In this document: positions 35,529-42,907 of the stretch, piece by piece
Layout of the letters: every line of letters starts with the position of its first letter
Numbering within the stretch: position 1 is the first letter of the stretch
Assembly: GCA_963734525.1 (NCBI GenBank)
Contig: CAVTHI010000008.1
Location: 216,450 to 280,449, forward strand
DNA from: an uncultured archaeon
GTDB lineage: Archaea > Micrarchaeota > Micrarchaeia > Anstonellales > Bilamarchaeaceae
Length of the DNA: 64,000 nucleotides
Direction of reading: 5' to 3'
Translations under genes and position numbers: made by a program
Notes under the pieces: model-generated
The model's input: only the letters and a program-made list of their open reading frames with translations
Told to the model about the DNA's origin: nothing
The model's database searches: none

Positions 35529-38500
35529 GACGAGGCCAGGCCGCGCTCCCCCGGCGCAGACATCGATGACGCCTGAGGAGGTCGTCAGGGTTCATCTTAC
35601 CGCAGATACGGGCGGAAGGGCGGATGCTGCAGCCGCCCTGATGCGCATGCCCCCGCGCGACCGTGCACGGACCGTCGAATTGCTCCGTGAAAGGGCGCGC
35701 CCGCTTGAGGAACGCGCAGGAGCGATGGAGGCCGAGGCGAGGAGGCTTGAGGCACAGACCGCGCCGCAGGAAACGAACATCGTCCAGAGGCAGCAGGGCG
35801 CCGAGGCCGAAGCTACAAGGCTCTTCGAAGAGGGTCGCCAGCTCAGCACCCAGGCGCAGGCGGCCGAGGCGCGCGGGGATGCTCCCGAAGCCGCCCGGTT
35901 ACGGACCGAGCAGAACCGCATTGAAACGCAGGCTTACGAGAGGGATGCCGAAGGCAGGCGCCTCGCCATCGAGCTTAGCCGCGTCCGGGAGCCTGCCAAC
36001 AACCTGCGAAACGACGCAGCCGGACTGAGGACCCAGGCGCAATACTGGAACGAGCATGCGATGTTCTACCGCGAGCTGGGAAGCCTCAGCGGCGATGCGG
36101 GCACGAACATTTCCACGATGTTCATGATTCCGAGGGAAGAGCTTGCATCGATATACGCCCGTGCGCCCACATTATCCGAAGCGAGGCAGGCGATTTATGA
36201 CCGCCTCGGAATACGGCTCGGGGACCTTCCCCCGCTCGAAGTCAGGAGCGACGCGTATAAGAGCTTCAACTCGCTTGCGGACGACCCGTACATAGCGGGC
36301 ATGATGCTCACCGGGGACCTTTTCCGCAACATCGAGCAGATGGTGAGGCCGGACATGCTCGGCCTCCAGCCGGGCGACCGCGTGGTCGTGAGGGGCATAA
36401 GCTTCCAGAACGGCCTGGTCGGCGCATACCGCATCAGGCTCGAAGTCGTGGACAGCACGGGAAACCCGAGGACATTCACGGACCGGGGCGGGAATTCCAG
36501 GGACAGCATGACCGTCTTCGCGAAGAGGCAGGACCTGCGTCCCGATGCGGTCGGCTCGGAAGGAGGCTCGCTCACCGGGGCGCCATCGCCGCAGATTCGC
36601 GTGACCGGGCCGAACGGAAACCTTTCATACGTATCGCCCGAAGGGCATACAATCAACTACGGCATCATGCGCGACATACATGATTTCAGCGGGGAAGTGG
36701 CCGCGGGCGGGCACCGCCTGCAGGTCACGGTCGACGCCGCGGAAGACCTGTACAGCCTCGTGTTCAGGCAGGAGGGTGCGCGCGATGCTGGAAGGCAGCA
36801 ATTGTTCGCCGAACTGCGGGACAACCCGGACCAGTTCATCGAGGCGCTCGGCTATGCGCAGACCGGATTCGCCGCGGCCGGGTTCTATGACAGGCACGAG
36901 GCGAACGTCTGGGCGATGTGGCTCCGGATAGGTAACCAGCCGCCCGCGGAAGCCGCGCGCATGGCGCAAAGCCTCCGCGGCCAGGGCTACCGCGTCCGGG
37001 ACAACGGTGACGGCTCGTTCAGCTTCCTGCGCTTCGGCGCGATTGATTCGGATACGTTCGGTTCCTACCGCGCGACGGTCCGCGAGGACGACAGCATCTC
37101 GCTGCGCCCGATGGCCAACCAGTTGACGACGGACATGCACCGCGTTTTCGTTCATTTGACATATGAGATGAATACCGCGGAAATGACATTGGCGGCCTCG
37201 CAAGGAAGAAGGCCGCGCCTCCTCACAGTCGAGCAGGTCATTGAAAGGTCGTTCGGCGCGAACATGGACGGGCCGTGGATACGGGGCATGCGCAGATGGG
37301 CCACCGAGTTCAGCCCGACCACGGAGCAGGGCAGGAGATTCAATGATTCGATGAGGGGCCTGCTGAGCAACTACCACGGCCAGCGCAGCGGCATGGGATT
37401 CGCGATGGAAGGGGCCCAGCTCGGGAGGTTCGAGAGCGACGGCTACGTGCCGGTCCCCTCGGCCCTCAACGGCTCGCCGGTCACAATCGTGGACGGCATG
37501 GACGGAAGGGCGAGCTTCCTCGCTACCGGCAGGATTGCCACGAACCCGACAATCGGGGAATCCGCAAACAGGCGCATCATCGCGGCTATACCCGAAGGGC
37601 AGGACAGGTTCCTTATCAGGACTGATGATTTGCACAGGACGCAGCGGACTGCGCTGCGCGGCGCCCTCGGCTCTGCGGCAACAGAGTTCAGGACCGCAGG
37701 CGTCGGGGGGAGAACCTATCTCGTCATAAGCGACCCGGCGGCGATACCGCAGCAATACCTTGACAGGACGATATCGGTCAACAGGACCGGCGATGTCCTC
37801 TACTCGTACAACTATGGCTCCTTCATGACAATGTTCCCGGAGGGCAGGAGAATGTTTATGCTCCGCGTCGACAACCTGCCCCGGTCGGATGCCCGGGCGG
37901 CCGGCAGGATTCGCGGGGCACAGCCGCTTGAGCTCGGGATAACAGGCGAAAGAAGATATGTGATCGTAGAGAATCCGGACAGCATCCCGCAGGCCCTCAG
38001 GGACCGTGCCGTCGAAGTCGTGAGGCACGAAAACCGCCTGATGGGAGCCGAAGGGATGGCAACCAACATCGGGATACTGCATACGAGGACCATCGGCGCG
38101 GTCAGGATGTTCGACCACGTGATGGGCATGGGCGACGCCGGCTGGAGGAGCCTCTGGCAGGGCGTCCGCGACGGCTTGATGACTGCAGAGGGGAACGAGC
38201 GCGCCGCCGGCGGGCAGGACTTCCTCATGAGGAGGGTTCCCCAGCCGAATGTGCGGCAGGCGCTCCCGCCGGAGTATGGCGGCCCGGCAAGGACCGCGCC
38301 GCTTCCGCCTGATGCGAACCCGCCGGGCGGCGCGCCGCCCGTGGCGCCTCCGCCAGTTCCACCGCAGGCGGCACCTTCGCGGGGACCGGACGGAACGATA
38401 AGGGGAGTCACTCCGCCAGCGGATGCGCAGGCGCAAAGGCCGCCGTCCCAGCCGCCACCGCCGCCGGTTCCGCGGCAGTCTGCACCGCCTGAAGCGGTGC

Positions 38501-39903
38501 CGAGCGATGCGAGGCCTACCGCGGTGCGCCCGCCGGAACCGCTGCCATCGGATGCAAGGCAGACGCAGAGACGCGGGCCTGCAGAGCCGATTCCATCGCA
38601 AAGGAGGCCGGCAGAACAGGTGCCACCGATTCCTTCTGAAGCAAGGCCGACAACACGCCAGGCTCCGCCGCCCCCGGCACCAGACGTGACGCTAAGGCGG
38701 GAAGGGCCGGTTCCGCCGCAGGCCATTCCCACTGACGCGAGGCCCACGCAAAGAATGGAATTGGGCGGGGCAGCGGCATATCCAGGAATGGCAGCGCAGG
38801 GCCGGGGATTCGGGCATAACGGTCTGCCGGGACGCATTTATGCTCCTGAAGAAGTGATGAAGGCGGGAGGCATCGCGAATGCCGCAGCCGGACGGACGGT
38901 GGAGGGCATCAGCGCCGCGGACGGCCGCGTCGCAGCGGAGCTCGCATTGCAGACGCCGTTCGTGCAGGCAGGGGCGGATGCACGGATGCGGATGGCGCTC
39001 ATAGCGATGGACAACGCCTCGATTGTCCGCGGCGAAAGCTCGATTCCCGTAAGGCAAAGGAATCCGGTGCAGGGCTCGATGAACGCCGAGCTTTCCGCAG
39101 CAGTCACCCAGACGGACGCCGCCGGCATGAGATACCGGGATGTCAGCGCATTTTACGACCGCGAAACAGGGGCGATAACCGCAATCGGGGCAAGGGGGCA
39201 GGGAGAGCGGGTCACAATCAGGGTCAACATGGACGACGGGCGCATCTTCAGCGTCAGCGGCACGGGCGAGGTGCATCCGTCGGTCGCAGCGCTTAGGGGA
39301 CATCAGATAATCGAGCCCCCGGCGCCCATAAGCGGAGGGCCGAGGGGAGGCCCGAGCGGGGGCGGCCCGGGCAGCGTCCGTGAAACGGCCGCTTTGGCGC
39401 AACGGGTGATGGGGGCGGAGCCCGCCGCGATTGCCAGCCTTGCATCGGCTTCGCAGGAAACGCGCCTCGCCGTCGGATTCGAGATTGCGGGGAGGTTGGA
39501 ACTCACGGATGCGAGGCATCTTGCCGGATTCGCCCGCGACCTGGTGATGTATGACCTTCATCGGTCCGGGCGGCGCCCGATAACGAACCCTGCGGATTTG
39601 GCAAGGGTCACGGAAAGCGCGAGGCGCATCGAGCTTCTGCCGGAACCAATCAGGAGGGCGGTCAGGGCCGTAAGCTCGGATGCCGGTTTCGGGCTGAATT
39701 CATTGCAGGATGATACAAGATTCAACAGGTTCGTCGGTAACCGGAGGACCGGCGGCGCATTGATAGAGACCGCGCGCGGGGCCATCATGCGCGCCATGCC
39801 GGCCGGGGACGATGTCCAATTGAGGATGGCTGTTGGCGCCGAAGAGATGGGAATGCCCCGTGCGCCGGGACAGGAGGGAAGGCCGGGCGGGGCAGGGGCA
39901 TGA
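35425..39903 (+). CDS. Giant-locus segment 6 (1492 codons): coiled coil, second PI3K/PI4K-like module, tandem ~80-aa duplication, Pro-rich array, C-terminal domain
   Basis: GTG start. The frame opens at 35383 and reads …GPLEEAV|RPVMRAIPREAG. It ends in a clean ATGA overlap with the next gene (39900-39903). Confidence 0.75.
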   Translation: MRPVMRAIPREAGQDARAWAAATRANPTGDIQIPRTRPGRAPPAQTSMTPEEVVRVHLTADTGGRADAAAALMRMPPRDRARTVELLRERARPLEERAGAMEAEARRLEAQTAPQETNIVQRQQGAEAEATRLFEEGRQLSTQAQAAEARGDAPEAARLRTEQNRIETQAYERDAEGRRLAIELSRVREPANNLRNDAAGLRTQAQYWNEHAMFYRELGSLSGDAGTNISTMFMIPREELASIYARAPTLSEARQAIYDRLGIRLGDLPPLEVRSDAYKSFNSLADDPYIAGMMLTGDLFRNIEQMVRPDMLGLQPGDRVVVRGISFQNGLVGAYRIRLEVVDSTGNPRTFTDRGGNSRDSMTVFAKRQDLRPDAVGSEGGSLTGAPSPQIRVTGPNGNLSYVSPEGHTINYGIMRDIHDFSGEVAAGGHRLQVTVDAAEDLYSLVFRQEGARDAGRQQLFAELRDNPDQFIEALGYAQTGFAAAGFYDRHEANVWAMWLRIGNQPPAEAARMAQSLRGQGYRVRDNGDGSFSFLRFGAIDSDTFGSYRATVREDDSISLRPMANQLTTDMHRVFVHLTYEMNTAEMTLAASQGRRPRLLTVEQVIERSFGANMDGPWIRGMRRWATEFSPTTEQGRRFNDSMRGLLSNYHGQRSGMGFAMEGAQLGRFESDGYVPVPSALNGSPVTIVDGMDGRASFLATGRIATNPTIGESANRRIIAAIPEGQDRFLIRTDDLHRTQRTALRGALGSAATEFRTAGVGGRTYLVISDPAAIPQQYLDRTISVNRTGDVLYSYNYGSFMTMFPEGRRMFMLRVDNLPRSDARAAGRIRGAQPLELGITGERRYVIVENPDSIPQALRDRAVEVVRHENRLMGAEGMATNIGILHTRTIGAVRMFDHVMGMGDAGWRSLWQGVRDGLMTAEGNERAAGGQDFLMRRVPQPNVRQALPPEYGGPARTAPLPPDANPPGGAPPVAPPPVPPQAAPSRGPDGTIRGVTPPADAQAQRPPSQPPPPPVPRQSAPPEAVPSDARPTAVRPPEPLPSDARQTQRRGPAEPIPSQRRPAEQVPPIPSEARPTTRQAPPPPAPDVTLRREGPVPPQAIPTDARPTQRMELGGAAAYPGMAAQGRGFGHNGLPGRIYAPEEVMKAGGIANAAAGRTVEGISAADGRVAAELALQTPFVQAGADARMRMALIAMDNASIVRGESSIPVRQRNPVQGSMNAELSAAVTQTDAAGMRYRDVSAFYDRETGAITAIGARGQGERVTIRVNMDDGRIFSVSGTGEVHPSVAALRGHQIIEPPAPISGGPRGGPSGGGPGSVRETAALAQRVMGAEPAAIASLASASQETRLAVGFEIAGRLELTDARHLAGFARDLVMYDLHRSGRRPITNPADLARVTESARRIELLPEPIRRAVRAVSSDAGFGLNSLQDDTRFNRFVGNRRTGGALIETARGAIMRAMPAGDDVQLRMAVGAEEMGMPRAPGQEGRPGGAGA
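37591..38040 (+). repeat. Tandem duplication of a ~75-80-aa module inside segment 6
   Basis: PEGQDRFLIRTDDLHRTQRTALRGALGSAATEFRTAGVGGRTYLVISDPAAIPQQYLDRTISV versus PEGRRMFMLRVDNLPRSDARAAGRIRGAQPLELGITGERRYVIVENPDSIPQALRDRAVEV. Confidence 0.7.
38491..38750 (+). repeat. Five copies of [AEP]x[VLI]P(S/T)(D/E/Q)(A/R)R(P/Q)(T/A) within a wider Pro-rich tract (38230-38760)
   Basis: EAVPSDARPT, EPLPSDARQT, EPIPSQRRPA, PPIPSEARPT, QAIPTDARPT. Confidence 0.8.
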
Positions 39904-41360
39904 GGGGCGCGGATGCGCCAAGGGCCATGGATGAGACTGCAGCCTCGCCTGATTCGGCCCGCGTCCAGCCGCCGCTGAGGCCGCCGTCACTCGGCGAAAT
40001 GCCGAATTCGCGCAGGTCCCCCTCGCCCGCCAGGCAAGCGCAGAGGCCCGCCGAGCAGGCCGAATCGGGTTTCACGCTCAGCCGCGCAATCGCAGGGTCA
40101 AGGCCCGAGGTTGCATTCGCGCAGCTGCATCCTGCGGAAGTTCCGGGCCGGCCGGGATATGTCATGCGCAACGGTGAAGAGGTTGCGGCATACCATGTCA
40201 TCCAGCATACGGAGAACGTAGCCCGCGCCGCATATGACCTGACGCTGGCGAGGGCAAGGGCCGGCGACTTCACCGCACAGGACAGGACGCTTTTCGGTTC
40301 CCCGGAAGGGAAGGCGCAGTTCATGTCGCAGGTCGGCATACTCCATGACGCAGACCCGAGGCGTGACGCGGGAGCGCCCGCCCGCGTCCCGGCGACTCTC
40401 GAGTGGATGAGGTCCCAGGAGGGCAGGACGTTCATGAGGGAGAGGTTCGGCTGGGACGAATCCACGCCCCAAGGCAGGTTGAGGATTGCCATGGCCGGGG
40501 CGATAATCCAGCGCACCGAATTCCCATTCGATTCCAAGACAAGGCCGGTCAGGACATGGCCGAATGACCCCGAGGCCGCCAGGACTGCGATAGGCGGCCA
40601 CTACGGGACGGAATCGCCTACCGCGAGGTACACGAACATGGTGAGGGAAATCTCGGGGCTGTCCCCGGACGCCCGCGATTTCGTGCTGCGCGAAGCGGCG
40701 TTCTTCTCGGAATATGCCGACAAGTCGAGCTGGTACTTCGAGAGGCCGGACGTCGCTTTGCTGACAGTCACGGGCCTTACCAACGAAGTCCGGGCGGTCC
40801 TTCCGCCGGGAGTCAATGCCCCGGACTTCCTTCCGACCACGCGCGGCCAGTTCCTTGATTCGATAGGAAGGCCCGCGAGCTTCGGCGAGGATGCGCGCAT
40901 TGCGAGGGAGCTGGGGGCGCCTGAGCCGAGGATACCCGGCAGGGACGAAATGATCGGGATGCTGGGCGCGGGCCAGAGGCGGAACTGGGCATCCACCAAC
41001 GAGATGTTCGGGCTGGTTGAGATTTACCACAGGAGATGGGACGTGGCCGCGCCCACGAATCCCGAAGAGCTCGCGCGTTTCAATTCATTGCTGAGCGCCG
41101 ACCCGGCGACAAGAGAGGCGCAGGTTGCCATGCTCCGGGGATTGCGCTCGGAGAACCTGGACACGGCGCAGGCCGCGAGGGGGATAGCGCAGGGCTTTGA
41201 CAGAGAGGGATGCCGGTGCGGTCGAACGGTCGTCGCCTGCGCCCCGCCAGCTCTCGCCAGCGGAACAGGCGAACGCGGAATTGATGCGGGCATCATTGAT
41301 TCCGGATACGTTCCAGAACGAGATAATCGCGAGGATGCCGGAAATCCTGAGGTTGAATGA
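39900..41360 (+). CDS. HD-domain-like protein with disordered Pro/Arg-rich N-terminus; probably continues into 41197-41964 after a frameshift near ~41200
   Basis: ATG 39900 overlaps the upstream stop (ATGA). AYHVIQHTENVARAAYDL … VGILHDADPRRD fits the H…HD…D metal-site pattern. The tail …EGCRCGRTVVACAPPALASGTGERG looks out of frame. Confidence 0.6.
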   Translation: MRGADAPRAMDETAASPDSARVQPPLRPPSLGEMPNSRRSPSPARQAQRPAEQAESGFTLSRAIAGSRPEVAFAQLHPAEVPGRPGYVMRNGEEVAAYHVIQHTENVARAAYDLTLARARAGDFTAQDRTLFGSPEGKAQFMSQVGILHDADPRRDAGAPARVPATLEWMRSQEGRTFMRERFGWDESTPQGRLRIAMAGAIIQRTEFPFDSKTRPVRTWPNDPEAARTAIGGHYGTESPTARYTNMVREISGLSPDARDFVLREAAFFSEYADKSSWYFERPDVALLTVTGLTNEVRAVLPPGVNAPDFLPTTRGQFLDSIGRPASFGEDARIARELGAPEPRIPGRDEMIGMLGAGQRRNWASTNEMFGLVEIYHRRWDVAAPTNPEELARFNSLLSADPATREAQVAMLRGLRSENLDTAQAARGIAQGFDREGCRCGRTVVACAPPALASGTGERGIDAGIIDSGYVPERDNREDAGNPEVE

Positions 41361-41964
41361 TGCGCAGTACACCACGGCATTGGAGAGGCTTGAAATCCTG
41401 ACAGGCCTCGGCCAGACCCCCGCACTGGCAGTCCTGAAGCTGGTGACGGACAGGCCGGACGTGCTCACCATGCCGGATGCGGGGTTCAACCTGCTTTTGG
41501 CCAGGATAGAGCAGCGTGCCGATATCATCAACAGGCTGACCGGCGGCGACCAGAGAATCATGTCGGCGAGGGGGCTCAACTATTTCGACGACAGCGGCGT
41601 CCTGTTCCTGGACATAGCCGAGATAACGAGGAGGGGCAACCTGCCGCTTCCGAACCCGCCCCCCGCCCCGGTTCCAACCGCAAGGGAGCCGCCTCAGGGT
41701 ACGCTCAACCGGAGGTTCAGCACCTTGGATGTGAAGAGGATTTTCGAGCACATGGGATACGTGTTCGTCGGAAGGACCGGGGAGAACATCATGAGGCACC
41801 CCGACGGGCGGACTGCGTCCATTCCTGAAGCGCGCGAAGTGGCGGGCGGCACGCTAAACAGCGTCCTGCAGAACAACGGGATCACCAGGAGGCAGTTCTT
41901 CGAGGCGGCAAGGGACGCCGGGGTCATCACGAGGCAGGTCGCGCGGCAGGTCTTGGGAGAGTGA
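41197..41964 (+). CDS. Helical region ending in a HicA/YcfA-like domain (about 41715-41964)
   Basis: TTG start only. C-terminus LDVKRIFEHMGYVFVGRTGENIMRHPDGRTASIPEAREVAGGTLNSVLQNNGITRRQFFEAARD follows the HicA pattern, but GEN replaces the usual GSH. Confidence 0.6.
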   Translation: MTERDAGAVERSSPAPRQLSPAEQANAELMRASLIPDTFQNEIIARMPEILRLNDAQYTTALERLEILTGLGQTPALAVLKLVTDRPDVLTMPDAGFNLLLARIEQRADIINRLTGGDQRIMSARGLNYFDDSGVLFLDIAEITRRGNLPLPNPPPAPVPTAREPPQGTLNRRFSTLDVKRIFEHMGYVFVGRTGENIMRHPDGRTASIPEAREVAGGTLNSVLQNNGITRRQFFEAARDAGVITRQVARQVLGE

Positions 41965-41980
41965 AACGGGAGTGACGCTT

Positions 41981-42232
41981 ATGGAAGACGACAAGGAGAT
42001 AGTGAAGGTCGAGGGATTCAACGTGAAGGTCTGGAAGGAGGATGGGACGTTCATCGCCGAGGTCCAGGAACTCCCCGGATGCGTGAACGAAGGCAAGTCC
42101 AAGGAGGAGGTCCTCGGCAAGATACAAAAAACGATTGTCGCTTATGTATCATCGATGGCTGGCGACCTCCCGAAAAAACCCCCGGCCAAGCCGGGCGGCA
42201 AAGGCGGGCCGAAGAAGAGGGTATTGAACTGA
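41981..42232 (+). CDS. hicB: HicB-like (UPF0150 fold) small protein with basic tail; candidate antitoxin/immunity
   Basis: ATG 41981 lies 16 nt after the upstream stop, with GGGAG SD at 41968-41972. KVEGFNVKVWKEDGTFIAEVQELPGCVNEGKSKEEVLGKIQKTIVAYV fits the HicB N-terminal domain. No RHH/HTH domain, only a KKPPAKPGGKGGPKKR tail. Confidence 0.7.
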   Translation: MEDDKEIVKVEGFNVKVWKEDGTFIAEVQELPGCVNEGKSKEEVLGKIQKTIVAYVSSMAGDLPKKPPAKPGGKGGPKKRVLN

Positions 42233-42275
42233 ACGCGAGGGCCGGGAAAAATAGCATTCGGATAGAAAGGAAATT

Positions 42276-42884
42276 TCATTTTTTCTCTGCGGGCGGGACA
42301 TTGGCGCGCCCGATTGTAGGCGCTTCCGGAACGGCCGGTCCGGCGAACCGCAGGGAGCCGTCGTATATCGCAACGAGCCCGCCCTTCCTGGCATCCTCGC
42401 TCGACGCGCCGGCCTCTGCCGACCTTATCGCGCTCTTGACCGCGCCCCAGTCCAGCTCCGGGGGGGTGTTGTGGTAGCAGACAATCCGCTGGCGAACTAT
42501 TATCCTGCGCTCCGGGTCGGCAAGGACGAAATAGACCGTCCCCGCACGCTCGTGAAGGCCGAGCCCGTATGACATGCCGGAAACGTCCGGCGACGCCCCC
42601 ATCGCAAGGGACATGAGGATGTTGCTGATGGAGAAATTCGCGTCGGATGAATAGTATTGCGACGAGCCGCCCGTGCTTTCGTAGAGCATGGCAGGCATGG
42701 AGAGCTTGCTTTCCAGCTCCGAGTCCCAGCCACGTGCGAGCCCTTTCAGCCTTTTGATGACGTCGGCCGATGATACGCGCCTGTAATTATCCATGATAGC
42801 CACCGGGGATACGGCCTTTGCGAACGGCCTTTTTGCAGATTCCGCGCCGGTTTTCGCTGGACCAGATGATGAGGCTCTTGCCAT
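42276..42884 (-). CDS. Hypothetical protein, 'Y family' paralog
   Basis: The track ORF starts at 43031. I prefer ATG 42884 (MARASSSGPAKTG…), which leaves a 23-nt gap after the upstream gene. The C-terminal domain aligns with 16476-17075. Confidence 0.6.
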   Translation of the reverse strand: MARASSSGPAKTGAESAKRPFAKAVSPVAIMDNYRRVSSADVIKRLKGLARGWDSELESKLSMPAMLYESTGGSSQYYSSDANFSISNILMSLAMGASPDVSGMSYGLGLHERAGTVYFVLADPERRIIVRQRIVCYHNTPPELDWGAVKSAIRSAEAGASSEDARKGGLVAIYDGSLRFAGPAVPEAPTIGRANVPPAEKK

Positions 42885-42907
42885 GATGTGATTTGCCAGG
42901 AAATGTT

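Noticed and set aside
36625-38601. 658-aa minus-strand ORF, plus others (37812-38837, 38692-39561, 33716-35119, 34050-35240, 32934-33608, 31460-32552, 27317-28612, 24865-25437, 20407-21762, 19283-20002, 40098-41030), all antisense to the giant locus
   Set aside because: All are extreme Arg/Pro/Gly/Ser-rich with no motifs. They mirror the sense-strand codon structure and are expected by-products of very high GC content. The plus-strand frames carry the recognisable motifs and repeats.
19400-41964. Programmed ribosomal frameshifting or recoding as the explanation for the ORF junctions
   Set aside because: There are no slippery heptamers or stimulatory structures at the junctions. The shifts go in both directions. 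Ordinary housekeeping genes in the same record show the same kind of breaks, often at homopolymers. Indel error or decay is the simpler explanation.
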